This document shows, in pieces, positions 1-9,300 of a stretch of 64,000 nt of DNA. The position numbers and the translations under genes are program-made. Source of the stretch: Caldisericum sp. (GTDB taxonomy: Bacteria; Caldisericota; Caldisericia; Caldisericales; Caldisericaceae). The stretch spans positions 1 through 64,000 of the forward strand of contig JAIMJY010000001.1 in assembly GCA_020692945.1 (NCBI GenBank). Direction: 5' to 3'. Within the stretch, counting starts at the first letter, position 1, and each line of letters starts with the position of its first letter. Under the pieces are notes generated by a model. That model had not been told where the DNA came from. It saw only the letters and a list, made by a program, of their open reading frames with translations, and made no database searches.

Positions 1-242
1 CATTCATATTGTTATTATATTATTATATACAATTTTTCAGAAATTCACATGAATTGCCTCACATAAAAACTATCCCTTCAGAAGTGGAAAAATAGAAAAA
101 AAGCATACTCAAAAAAATTGCAAGTTTTCAAATTGCCTCACCAAGAAAAGAGCAAGAAATTTACGTAAGGCAACACGTATTACGAGTCAACGCTGCTTTC
201 ATATTACAAAAATATTCAAATCTGTTATAATATACAAAAAAT

Positions 243-390
243 AACCTGCTGAAAAAGAGTACAGGTTACAAAGGAGTAAACCTGCTGAAAAGAAGCGCAG
301 TTTTAATCTTTTCTAATCCACGATCATTATCAATGGATTCCAGAGGAATAAATCTGCTAAAAAAGAGTGCAGATTACAAAGGATTAAAGG
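243..390 (+). repeat. Cluster of 3-4 units of the dispersed hairpin repeat. Units: AACCTGC-TGAAAAAGAGTA-CAGGTT-ACAAAGGAGTAAA; a degenerate unit at 281-308; a palindromic variant at 316-340; AATCTGC-TAAAAAAGAGT-GCAGATT-ACAAAGGATTAAAGG. The last unit supplies the AAGGAG Shine-Dalgarno for proS.
   Basis: Read directly in the sequence: inverted-repeat stems with complementary variation, conserved loop and linker, same family as the other listed loci. Confidence 0.8.
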
Positions 391-399
391 AGCCAAAAA

Positions 400-2148
400 A
401 TGAGAATGAGTAATTTCTTTTTACCGACGCTTAGAGAAGAGCCACAGGACGCAGAAATTGAAAGCCACAAGCTAATGCTCAAAGCTGCTCTTCTAAGAAA
501 AGTAGCGGCAGGAATATATTCTTATCTTCCTTTAGGGCTTATTGCGTTAAAAAAAGTTGAGAACATAATCCGAGATGAGATGAACAAAATTGGAGCAGTT
601 GAATTACTATTCCCTGCAATAATGCCAAAAGAATTATGGGAAGAAACGGGAAGATGGTTTATATATGGCGATGAAATGTTCAGATTAAAAGACAGAAAAT
701 CAAGAGAATTCTGCCTTGGACCAACTCATGAAGAAGCAGTTGTTGACTTAGCTAGAAATGAAATGCGCTCGTACAAAGAGCTACCTAAAACACTCTATCA
801 GATACAGACAAAATACCGAGATGAAATAAGACCTCGCTTTGGATTGATAAGGGCGAGAGAATTTGTTATGAAAGATGCTTACTCGTTCGATGCCTCTGAT
901 GATTCTCTTGAAGAAACGTACAACAAGATTTATCATGCTTATACGGAAATTTTCAAGAGATGCGGATTAGAAACTATTCCAATTGAAGCAGATTCGGGAG
1001 CAATCGGAGGAAAGGTTTCCCACGAATTTGTCGTAGAATCAGAAGTTGGGAGTGAAAGTGATTATGTTTTCTGCCCAAAGTGTCATTACGCTTCGAACAT
1101 AGAAGCAGCAAAGTCTTCAATAACTGCTGAGGAAAGTTCCGAAGATACCAATGAATTAACAAAAGTTGAAACGTTTGATTTCAAAACAATTGAAGAAGTT
1201 TCTCAATTTTTGAAAGTTGAAAAAAGCAAGATTTTGAAGTCTTTACTCTATAAACTCGACGGAGAGTTTATCCTTGCTCTCATGAGAGGCGATGATGAGC
1301 TCAATGAGATAAAATTAAAGAATCTATTCAATGCAAAGAATATATCTCAAGCTACGGGTGAAGAAGTCCTAAAAACGATGGGAGCTAATGTAGGAGCAAT
1401 AGGACCCGTAAATACAAAAGTGAAAATTGTTTTAGATAAAAGAATTATAGGAATGAAAAATTTCATTACAGGAGCAAACGCAAATGGATACCACTTCTTA
1501 AACGTAAATATGGGGAGAGATTTTAAAGAAGAAAACATTTATGACATAAGAAATGTTAAGAGTGGGGAACCATGCCCAAAATGCGGTACTCCTATTGAGC
1601 TTCGTCAAGGAATAGAGGTAGGACATGCTTTTAAACTGGGCACAAAATACTCAGAAAAAATGCACGCAACATTCCTCGACAGTGAGGGAAAGGAGCAGTT
1701 TTACATCATGGGTTGCTACGGTATTGGTGTTGGAAGAACTCTACAGTCAGTTGTTGAGCAACACCATGACGTGCATGGGATAAAATGGCCAGTTTCGATA
1801 GCACCTTTCCAGGTTGAAATACTTCCTTTAAATTCTTCTGATAGCGAAATAAACAATTTTTCCGAAGAACTCTACCTGGATTTAACGAATAAAGGTTTTG
1901 ATACTCTGCTTGACGACAGATTGGATGCAAGCGCAGGAGTAAAGTTCAACGATGCAGACCTTATTGGAATTCCAATTCAGTTGATTATTGGAAAAACTTT
2001 TAAAAAAGACAAAAAAATTGAAATCAAAATAAGAGAAACCGGAGAAAAGCTACAATTAGAAAAAGGCTCACTCGAACTTTTTCTCAAAACCTATTTTTCA
2101 AAAGAGTTGCAGAAATTACATAAGAATAATTCAAGGGGAGCTATTTGA
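400..2148 (+). CDS. proS: Prolyl-tRNA synthetase (class II, bacterial type with editing domain)
   Basis: 582 aa ORF with class II aaRS motifs and a ProRS-like architecture including the INS editing-domain region and a C-terminal anticodon-binding domain. Confidence 0.93.
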   Translation: MRMSNFFLPTLREEPQDAEIESHKLMLKAALLRKVAAGIYSYLPLGLIALKKVENIIRDEMNKIGAVELLFPAIMPKELWEETGRWFIYGDEMFRLKDRKSREFCLGPTHEEAVVDLARNEMRSYKELPKTLYQIQTKYRDEIRPRFGLIRAREFVMKDAYSFDASDDSLEETYNKIYHAYTEIFKRCGLETIPIEADSGAIGGKVSHEFVVESEVGSESDYVFCPKCHYASNIEAAKSSITAEESSEDTNELTKVETFDFKTIEEVSQFLKVEKSKILKSLLYKLDGEFILALMRGDDELNEIKLKNLFNAKNISQATGEEVLKTMGANVGAIGPVNTKVKIVLDKRIIGMKNFITGANANGYHFLNVNMGRDFKEENIYDIRNVKSGEPCPKCGTPIELRQGIEVGHAFKLGTKYSEKMHATFLDSEGKEQFYIMGCYGIGVGRTLQSVVEQHHDVHGIKWPVSIAPFQVEILPLNSSDSEINNFSEELYLDLTNKGFDTLLDDRLDASAGVKFNDADLIGIPIQLIIGKTFKKDKKIEIKIRETGEKLQLEKGSLELFLKTYFSKELQKLHKNNSRGAI

Positions 2149-2168
2149 GCCCCCCCTTTTTTTATTGA
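2134..2168 (+). terminator. Rho-independent terminator after proS
   Basis: GGGGAGC-TATTTGA-GCCCCCC hairpin overlapping the proS stop codon, followed by a T8 run. Confidence 0.5.
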
Positions 2169-2180
2169 TTTGTGCACCAA

Positions 2181-2222
2181 TTAATCCTTTGTAATCCGTA
2201 CTCTTTTTCAGCGGATTGATTA
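2181..2222 (-). repeat. Single unit of the dispersed hairpin repeat, minus orientation, between convergent proS and fabF
   Basis: Reverse complement reads AATCCGC-TGAAAAAGAGTA-CGGATT-ACAAAGGATTAA. Confidence 0.8.
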
Positions 2223-3458
2223 CTACTCAAATCTTTTATATACAAGGACGGCGTTGTGCCCGCCAAATCCAAATGCATTCTTCAGGGCAACATTTATCTT
2301 GGCCTCTCGCGGAGCATTCGGAACATAATCAAGATCGCAATCTGGATCTTTTTCCTCATAATTTATCGTTGGGAAAATAATCCCTCTTTCGATTGAAAGA
2401 ACAGTTGCCACTGATTCAATTGCTGCGGCCGCACCAAGAAGGTGACCAATCATTGACTTAGTGGAAGTTACAGGTATTTTATAAGCACCTTCGCCAAAGA
2501 GCTCTTTAATTGCAAGAGTTTCGTTCTTGTCGTTGAGTGGAGTTGAAGTGCCATGGGCATTTATGTAATTAACATCTTCTTTGTTGATGCGGGCATGTTC
2601 AAGAGCAAGAACCATTGACCTAATTACCTGTTTTCCAGATGGGTCAGGAGCTGTTATATGGTAAGCATCTGTTGAAGTACCATATCCTGCAAGTTCTGCG
2701 TAAATTTTTGCACCTCTTGCTTTTGCATGAGTAAGTGATTCAATAATAAGTACTCCTGCACCTTCACCCATTACAAATCCGTCTCTTCCTTTGTCAAAAG
2801 GGCGAGAAGCATGTTCTGGGTCATCATTTCTCCGAGAAAGTGCCCTCATTGATGCAAACGCAGCAACACCTAGAGGGGTAATAGCTGCATCAGCGCCACC
2901 CGCAACAATTACATCAAGGTCTCCTCGCTGAATGGAGTAAATGGCTTCCCCGATTGTCTTCGCTGAAGAAGCACAAGCAGCAACAGCAGCAAAAGTTTCT
3001 CCTTTTAACCCGTATTTAAGTGCGATATACGCTGGAATAGCATCAATAATCATCTGCGTAATTAGGAATGGGCTGACTCTATCAGGACCCTTTTCTTTGT
3101 ACTGTAATACCTGGTCTTCCATTGAGTGGAGGCCGCCTACTCCAGAAGTCACGTAAACCCCTATTCTTTCAAGGTTCTCCTCGTTCAACTCGATAGAAGA
3201 ATCCTCAATCGCCTCTTTTGCTGCAGCAAATGCAAATTGTTGGACTCTATCAAGTCGATTAATTTCCTTTTTTTCAATGAAGTTTTCAGCATTAAAATCC
3301 TTGATCTCTCCTGCTATCTGTACAGAGTGCCTGGAAGCATCAAATTGAGTTATCAGTGATACGCCAGACTTACCAGCAATTAGAGATTCAGCGAAGTTGT
3401 CTTTACCGATTCCAATTGGGGATACAACTCCCAAGCCAGTTATAACAACCCTTTCCAT
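2223..3458 (-). CDS. fabF: 3-oxoacyl-ACP synthase II
   Basis: 411 aa, KAS I/II family, active-site Cys (AACAS) and His-His motifs; sits in the fab cluster. Confidence 0.92.
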   Translation of the reverse strand: MERVVITGLGVVSPIGIGKDNFAESLIAGKSGVSLITQFDASRHSVQIAGEIKDFNAENFIEKKEINRLDRVQQFAFAAAKEAIEDSSIELNEENLERIGVYVTSGVGGLHSMEDQVLQYKEKGPDRVSPFLITQMIIDAIPAYIALKYGLKGETFAAVAACASSAKTIGEAIYSIQRGDLDVIVAGGADAAITPLGVAAFASMRALSRRNDDPEHASRPFDKGRDGFVMGEGAGVLIIESLTHAKARGAKIYAELAGYGTSTDAYHITAPDPSGKQVIRSMVLALEHARINKEDVNYINAHGTSTPLNDKNETLAIKELFGEGAYKIPVTSTKSMIGHLLGAAAAIESVATVLSIERGIIFPTINYEEKDPDCDLDYVPNAPREAKINVALKNAFGFGGHNAVLVYKRFE

Positions 3459-3459
3459 T

Positions 3460-3702
3460 CTACTTTAAATGTTCTTGGATATATGAGATAGTACTTCCAA
3501 TGGTGGAAATCTTCTCAATATCTTCGTCTGGAATCTTCATTCCAAACTCATCTTCAAGCGCCATTGCAATGTCGACAAGTGATAGAGAATCCGCACCAAG
3601 ATCCTCAACGTACTTTGCAGAGTCAACAATTTTGTCGTCCTCTACGCTGAGTTTCTCCTTTACAACCTTAACAACTTTCTCTCTAATTTCTTTTTCTTCC
3701 AC
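3460..3702 (-). CDS. acpP: Acyl carrier protein
   Basis: 80 aa with the DSL phosphopantetheine attachment motif (LGADSLSLVD). Confidence 0.9.
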   Translation of the reverse strand: MEEKEIREKVVKVVKEKLSVEDDKIVDSAKYVEDLGADSLSLVDIAMALEDEFGMKIPDEDIEKISTIGSTISYIQEHLK

Positions 3703-3720
3703 TTCTAACCTCCTTGATTT

Positions 3721-4476
3721 TTATCCTAAAGATAGCCCACCATCAACAACGATAACTTGACCAGTTATATAAGATGCCAAAGGTGAGACTAAGAAAGATA
3801 CAATACTTGCAACGTCATCAGGAGTGCCTGCTCTCTTTATAGACACCCTGTTAATAAAAGCTTCTTTTATTCTGTCTATGAGATTTTTGGTCATGTCAGT
3901 GGATATGAAACCGGGGGCAACAAGATTTGCCGTTATATTACGAGAGCCATACTCGATGGCAATAGCCTTAGTAAGGCCAATAAGTCCAGCCTTAGACGCA
4001 ACGTAATTTGCTTGCCCAGCATTGCCATTAATGCCAACTATAGAACCTATGTTAACAATTCTTCCTGATTTATCTTTAAGCATGTACTTGAGTGTGTGTT
4101 TCGTCATCAAAAAAGTTCCCTTAAGATTTGCGTCAAGAACCATATCCCAGTCTTCTTCGCTCATTCTCATAATTAATCCGTCTTTAGTAACTCCAGCATT
4201 ATTGATGAGTATGTCAATTTTCCCGAGCTCAATATAAATATTTGCAACAGAGTTCTCTACTTCGTTCTCTTTTCGAATATCGCATTTAACAGCTAAGGCC
4301 TTCCTGCCTAATTTTTCGATTTCAGTTTTGGTTTGCATAGCTTTATCGGCATTATGAGCATAGATAACTGCAATATCAGCTCCTGCTTCAGCAAGGCTCA
4401 AAGCTATAGACTTGCCAATGCCTCTCGAGCCACCAGTAACAATCGCCTTTTTACCTGATAGATCTATTTTAAGCAT
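3721..4476 (-). CDS. fabG: 3-oxoacyl-ACP reductase (SDR family)
   Basis: 251 aa with TGGSRGIG Rossmann motif and NNAG and YxxxK SDR motifs. Confidence 0.9.
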   Translation of the reverse strand: MLKIDLSGKKAIVTGGSRGIGKSIALSLAEAGADIAVIYAHNADKAMQTKTEIEKLGRKALAVKCDIRKENEVENSVANIYIELGKIDILINNAGVTKDGLIMRMSEEDWDMVLDANLKGTFLMTKHTLKYMLKDKSGRIVNIGSIVGINGNAGQANYVASKAGLIGLTKAIAIEYGSRNITANLVAPGFISTDMTKNLIDRIKEAFINRVSIKRAGTPDDVASIVSFLVSPLASYITGQVIVVDGGLSLG

Positions 4477-5368
4477 TTACCAACGCCTCCACTGGATCAA
4501 CTTTAGCGTTCTTTAATATTTTTTCAACAAGAGCCTTCAAAACATTCTTAGGGCCAACCTCAATAAAATAATCAACGCCCATTTGTTCCATCATTAGTAC
4601 TGTGTCGACCCATTTCACAGGGCCAGTTAGTTGTTGTTTTAGGTTCTGCTTAATTTCATATGCATTTTCTACAACGTGAGCAGAAATATTTTGGATAATC
4701 GGTACACTTGGATCTTTAAAGTCCATATTATCAATAAAAGAGCTCATCTCTTGAACAACAGGTTTCATTAAAGGAGAATGAAAAGCAGCAGAAACATCAA
4801 GTAACTTTACAAGGCGTGCTCCTAAACTTTTAGCAATAGGTATAGCTACTTCTATTGCTTTTGCTTCTCCTGATAAGACAATCTGGTCAAAAGAATTGAA
4901 GTTCGCACAAACGATATCGCCAACTTTTTGTGCCTCACAAATCAAAGTATTTACTTTCTCACTTTCAAGGCCAACAACCGCAAGCATTTTTCCCGGAGAT
5001 TTCTGAGACACATTTTTCATGAGAGAGCCTCTTTTATGAGTAAGCCTTACGCCATCCTCAAACGAAAACACACTCGCAGAAAAGAGGGCAGAGTATTCTC
5101 CAAGACTGTGTCCCGCTACAACTTCAGGAATAACGTTCTTACTTTTTAAAAATTGAAAATAAATCGCAGATACTACAAATAAGGCTGGCTGAGCGATATC
5201 AGTTGAAGTCAACTTCTCCTGTGGTCCTTTTTCGCAAATATCCAAAAGGTCAACCTGTACAATAGAAGACGCCTTATCAAACAGCTCCTTTTTCAAACTT
5301 GAATCTGGTATTTTTTGAGTCATCCCTACGTACTGAGAACCCTGTCCTGGAAAAACAAACGCTTTCAT
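4469..5368 (-). CDS. fabD: Malonyl-CoA:ACP transacylase
   Basis: 299 aa, N-terminal FPGQGSQ and GHSLGE active-site motif. Confidence 0.9.
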   Translation of the reverse strand: MKAFVFPGQGSQYVGMTQKIPDSSLKKELFDKASSIVQVDLLDICEKGPQEKLTSTDIAQPALFVVSAIYFQFLKSKNVIPEVVAGHSLGEYSALFSASVFSFEDGVRLTHKRGSLMKNVSQKSPGKMLAVVGLESEKVNTLICEAQKVGDIVCANFNSFDQIVLSGEAKAIEVAIPIAKSLGARLVKLLDVSAAFHSPLMKPVVQEMSSFIDNMDFKDPSVPIIQNISAHVVENAYEIKQNLKQQLTGPVKWVDTVLMMEQMGVDYFIEVGPKNVLKALVEKILKNAKVDPVEALVNA

Positions 5369-6345
5369 TTAGACCACTCCATAATAATTGCTCCGGAAGT
5401 CATTCCAGCTCCAAAAGAAACCATAAGCACTTTGTCGCTATTTTTTAACTTTCCTTCTCTATAAATTTTGTCAAGCGCAACAGGGATAGAAGCAGCAGAG
5501 GAATTGCCAAACTTATCAATAGTAACAACGACTTTTTCCATAGGTATGCCCAGTTTTTGAGCTCCAGCCTTAATGATTCTAAGGTTTGCTTGGTGAGGTA
5601 TGAACCAATCAACACTCTCAAGGGGAACATTTGCTTTATCCAGAACTTTCTTAGAAATACGCGAGATCTCACGGACAGAAAATTTAAATACTTCCTGACC
5701 ATCCATTTTAGTGAAGTAAGTTCGTTCTTTTAATACTTCTTCGCTAAAAGGTTTTCTCGAGCCACCGGCAGGTAAAGTGAGGTACTGCGCAAGAGAGCCA
5801 TCAGCATATAGTTCAGATGAGATAAAACCACCATTTTCGACAGTGCTTAGTACCGTAGCGCCTGCTCCGTCACCAAACAAAACATAAGTTCCTCTATCTG
5901 TGCTATCCATCATCCTTGTGATAACCTCAGCTCCTATGACAAGAATATTTTTGTACATGCCTGATTTAATAAATTGAGCTCCAACAGTAGCTGCATAGAT
6001 CCAGCCTGGACAACCTGCCTGGAGGTCAAAAGCAGCTGCATTCTTCGCTCCAATTTTATCCTGCACCAGGCAAGCTGTAGCAGGATAAAGCATGTCAGGA
6101 GAGTTTGTCCCAACAATTATCAAGTCAATATCGTAAGGAGAAAGATTTGCATCTTTCAGCGCCCTTTCAGCAGCAATTTTTGCGAGATCACTTGTTGCTT
6201 GATCTTCTCTCGCAAAACGCCTTTCAATAATTCCTGATCTGGTCCTTATCCATTCATCAGTTGTGTCGAGAACTTTCTCGAGATCGGCATTAGTGACAAC
6301 TCTCTCAGGAACATAACTACCTAAACCAACGATTCCTACCTTCAA
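5365..6345 (-). CDS. fabH: 3-oxoacyl-ACP synthase III
   Basis: 326 aa KAS III with active-site Cys (AGCPGW) and the C-terminal HQAN motif. Confidence 0.9.
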   Translation of the reverse strand: MKVGIVGLGSYVPERVVTNADLEKVLDTTDEWIRTRSGIIERRFAREDQATSDLAKIAAERALKDANLSPYDIDLIIVGTNSPDMLYPATACLVQDKIGAKNAAAFDLQAGCPGWIYAATVGAQFIKSGMYKNILVIGAEVITRMMDSTDRGTYVLFGDGAGATVLSTVENGGFISSELYADGSLAQYLTLPAGGSRKPFSEEVLKERTYFTKMDGQEVFKFSVREISRISKKVLDKANVPLESVDWFIPHQANLRIIKAGAQKLGIPMEKVVVTIDKFGNSSAASIPVALDKIYREGKLKNSDKVLMVSFGAGMTSGAIIMEWSK

Positions 6346-6362
6346 AATAGATACCTCCTACA

Positions 6363-6824
6363 TTAAAAAGTTTTATTATCAATAAAAACCGCAGTAATAA
6401 CACCATCTGCTACGAGAGAATCACCAGAATAAATCTTGCACTCGCTTCTTGCAATGTTGTGTCTAAAAGAAATAAGCCTTGCTTTTACAATGAGAGTTTG
6501 TCCAGGAATAACTTTCTTTAAAAACCTGAACTTGTCCACTCCGGCAAAAAAGCCAAATAAGCTTCTATATTTTAAAACAGTAAGTATCATAAATGCTGAT
6601 ACCTGTGCAGCAAGCTCCACCATAATAACCCCTGGAAGAATTGGCATCTTTGGAAAATGTCCCTTGAAAAAATCCTCCTTTCCAGTGAAAGTTTTCTTGC
6701 CTGTCACGCTTTCTTCGGGCACAACGTTGGTTATCTCATCGACAAAGAGGAACGGCTCTCTTTGAGGGAGTATTTTTTTTATATCCTCCCTGGATAACTT
6801 AAGTTCATTCGTGTTCATCTTCAA
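6363..6824 (-). CDS. fabZ: 3-hydroxyacyl-ACP dehydratase
   Basis: 153 aa hot-dog fold with the FabZ-like HFP..PILPGV motif. Confidence 0.85.
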   Translation of the reverse strand: MKMNTNELKLSREDIKKILPQREPFLFVDEITNVVPEESVTGKKTFTGKEDFFKGHFPKMPILPGVIMVELAAQVSAFMILTVLKYRSLFGFFAGVDKFRFLKKVIPGQTLIVKARLISFRHNIARSECKIYSGDSLVADGVITAVFIDNKTF

Positions 6825-8067
6825 GTAAAGCCCTCCTACTCAATTTTATTTTTTTGTTCTCTTTATCAATGGCAATGACTTTGACCTGAAGTTTATCGCC
6901 AATGTTAACAACTTCCTCTACTTTATTTACGCGCTTTTTATCAAGTTGGGAAATATGCACAAGTCCTGTCAAACCATCATCAATTTCGAGAACTGCCCCA
7001 AAAGGATGAATTCTTATAACAGTACCTTCAACTGTGCTGTTTATTGGAAACTTCTCACTGACTATATCCCAAGGATAGGGTTTTGTCTGTTTCAGGCTTA
7101 GGAGTACCCTTTCGGTGTCAAGATTTATCCCTATTATCTTCGCTTTGATAGCCTCACCGACTTTTAGGATTTCGTGAGGAGATTTTCTTCTACCCCAAGT
7201 AAGCTCGTTAACTCGTACAAGACCTTCTATCCCGTTACCAAGGTCAACAAAAACTCCAAAGTCCTGGATAGATCTAACGGTACCTTCATATATTTCACCT
7301 TTTTTAAGGCTTACGAGGGCCTGCTTCCTCTCTTTTTCTCTTATTTCTTCAAGGAGTTTAATTCTCGAAACCACAACTCGCTTTATGGATTTATCAAGCT
7401 CCAAAATGTTTAACTCAAGCTCTTGGGCAACAAAATTTTCAGGTTTTTCACCCCTTTTGAGCCCAATTTGAGATTGTGGAAGGAAAGCAGTAATACCATT
7501 TACATCAACCAATAGTCCCCCTTTTATAGCTTTTGAAGCAGTACCTTTAACAAACTCTCCATTTGTAAATTTTTCTTTGAGGTTATTCCATTTTTTTATG
7601 TAATCAGCCATCTTTTTGGAAAGAATTGCGCCGCCGCCAGACCTCCCTTCTTTCATTACAAAAACATCTATTCTATCTCCAACCTGAACTACCTCATCTG
7701 GTGTTAAAATTTCTTTTAATGAGAGCCCGTGTAAAGGAATAAAAATATCCTCCTTGCCCCCTGCGCTAACAAGTACACCATTTGGCTCAATTTTAACTAC
7801 TGTAACTGATATGATTTCTCCTTTTTTAAATACTTTGGGTAGGAAATTCTTATTAGAGCTTTTTGGAGACTCTTTTTTTTCACCTGGTTGCTCTTTTGCT
7901 TCTTTACGCTCTACTGTTTCTGTAATTGATTCTTTTACTTCCTCAATCTGAGGTTCTTGAATCCCCTCAATAAACCTGCGAGGTAATTTTTCAGCACTCG
8001 CTTCCTCAAGGATAGATCCTACATCATCAGAACTAACATCGTTTACAAAGCTTCTCTTCTCTTCCAT
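6805..8067 (-). CDS. S1 RNA-binding domain protein (four S1 repeats, ribosomal protein S1-like) with an acidic N-terminal extension
   Basis: 420 aa containing repeated S1-type OB-fold segments (GxV..I..fGaFV motifs). Confidence 0.7.
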   Translation of the reverse strand: MEEKRSFVNDVSSDDVGSILEEASAEKLPRRFIEGIQEPQIEEVKESITETVERKEAKEQPGEKKESPKSSNKNFLPKVFKKGEIISVTVVKIEPNGVLVSAGGKEDIFIPLHGLSLKEILTPDEVVQVGDRIDVFVMKEGRSGGGAILSKKMADYIKKWNNLKEKFTNGEFVKGTASKAIKGGLLVDVNGITAFLPQSQIGLKRGEKPENFVAQELELNILELDKSIKRVVVSRIKLLEEIREKERKQALVSLKKGEIYEGTVRSIQDFGVFVDLGNGIEGLVRVNELTWGRRKSPHEILKVGEAIKAKIIGINLDTERVLLSLKQTKPYPWDIVSEKFPINSTVEGTVIRIHPFGAVLEIDDGLTGLVHISQLDKKRVNKVEEVVNIGDKLQVKVIAIDKENKKIKLSRRALLEDEHE

Positions 8068-8141
8068 CGCGCTCGCTCCTATTTTGTGTATTTTATCAAA
8101 AAAATCAAAATTTCAAAATTAATCCAAAAATTGCATTTTTA

Positions 8142-9056
8142 CTACGCTCTTGACATGAGTGCTGCAAGAGCAAGTGAATAAAGTTTCGATTCTTCACTAT
8201 CTCCACGTGAAGTAAGAACAGCTGGAGCAATAGTTCCCGTAACTAAAGCTGCAATTTCAGCGTTACCGAGTTTAGTAGTGGATTTATAAAAAGCATTTCC
8301 TGATTCGATGTTCGGGAAGATCAAAATATCAGCATCACCTGCAACAAGTGAATTGAGTTTCTTGATTTCTGCTGATTCTTTAGAAACAGCAACATCTAAT
8401 GCAAGAGGTCCGTCGACGATGCATCCCTTTATCTGCTGTCTATCATTCATTTTTGAAAGAATAGCACCGTCAATTGTCGCTTGCATTTTTAAGTTAACCG
8501 TTTCAACTGCTGCAATAATAGCGACTTTAGGGTTATCGATGCCAAATTTATGAGCGATTTTAACATCATAGTTAATCATCATTTCTTTCGTTTTTAGATC
8601 TGGTTGAGGAATAACAGCAACATCTGAAACAATGAGCAATTTGTGGTAATTTGGTGATTCGATTATCGTGACATGAGAAAGTATGGCATCTGGAGGAAGT
8701 AGGCCTTCGTCCTTATCGAGCAAACCTCTCATATACGTTGCACTCTGGCAAAGCCCTTTCATTATAAAGTCAGCCTTCTTTTCTCTTACCATGCGTACTG
8801 CTTGTCTGACGGCTTCTTTCTCTTCTGGAACATCAACTACTTCAAACATAGATGTATCGATACCATTTGCTTCTGCAACACGCTTAACCTCACTTTTGTT
8901 CGCGAAAATAACTGCCTTAAGAAAGCCCTCCTTTACTCCATTTGAAACCGCTTGAAGCGTGTGCAAATCCTGCCCGTAGGCAACAGACACAATTCGCTTT
9001 TCCTGTTCAGATTTTACTGCCCCAAGAATGTCTTTTAGCTTCCTAATTTGTTCCAT
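8142..9056 (-). CDS. Phosphate acetyl/butyryl transferase family protein (Pta/Ptb-like)
   Basis: 304 aa with Ptb-like N-terminus, ADFIMKG motif and a Gly-rich C-terminal half. It occupies the position where plsX is often found, but the sequence resembles Ptb/Pta rather than PlsX. Confidence 0.7.
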   Translation of the reverse strand: MEQIRKLKDILGAVKSEQEKRIVSVAYGQDLHTLQAVSNGVKEGFLKAVIFANKSEVKRVAEANGIDTSMFEVVDVPEEKEAVRQAVRMVREKKADFIMKGLCQSATYMRGLLDKDEGLLPPDAILSHVTIIESPNYHKLLIVSDVAVIPQPDLKTKEMMINYDVKIAHKFGIDNPKVAIIAAVETVNLKMQATIDGAILSKMNDRQQIKGCIVDGPLALDVAVSKESAEIKKLNSLVAGDADILIFPNIESGNAFYKSTTKLGNAEIAALVTGTIAPAVLTSRGDSEESKLYSLALAALMSRA

Positions 9057-9225
9057 CTAATCCTCCTTAGTCTTATTGACTTTCAAACCTTTTATCGTTA
9101 CCAGTATAGATATAAAAAGAATAAAAGGTCCTTAAGTTTTTCATTTCATCTTGACATTATACATGTAACAGCAAAATTTGCATAACAAATTGTAAGCACA
9201 AAAAAACCCTTGAATAATATCATGC

Positions 9226-9262
9226 TAAAAAGTAAGGGCGCAATCGCGCCCAGCCTCTTACT
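9226..9262 (-). terminator. Probable rho-independent terminator downstream of recN
   Basis: Perfect GC stem GGGCGC-AATC-GCGCCC extended by AGTAAG/CTTACT, followed by a T-rich stretch on the minus strand. Confidence 0.45.
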
Positions 9263-9300
9263 AATGTCTTATAAAGTTTCCTTCAGCATTTTATTGCTAC

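Noticed and set aside
243-390. The short repeats could be a CRISPR array
   Set aside because: Units abut each other or are separated only by the conserved linker, with no unique spacers. The stems vary between copies while the loop is constant, the opposite of CRISPR repeats. Copies are scattered, in both orientations, and occur inside genes. No cas genes are present.
1-399. T-box leader or other riboswitch upstream of proS
   Set aside because: No T-box consensus (AATTAGGGTGGTACCGCG-like) or specifier/antiterminator arrangement could be found. The structured elements present are the dispersed hairpin repeats.
8142-9056. Identification of the gene upstream of the fab cluster as plsX
   Set aside because: The position suggests plsX, but the sequence (N-terminal region, ADFIMKG motif) matches phosphate butyryl/acetyl transferases rather than PlsX (which starts MxIAxDAMGGD). 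It is called Pta/Ptb-family only.
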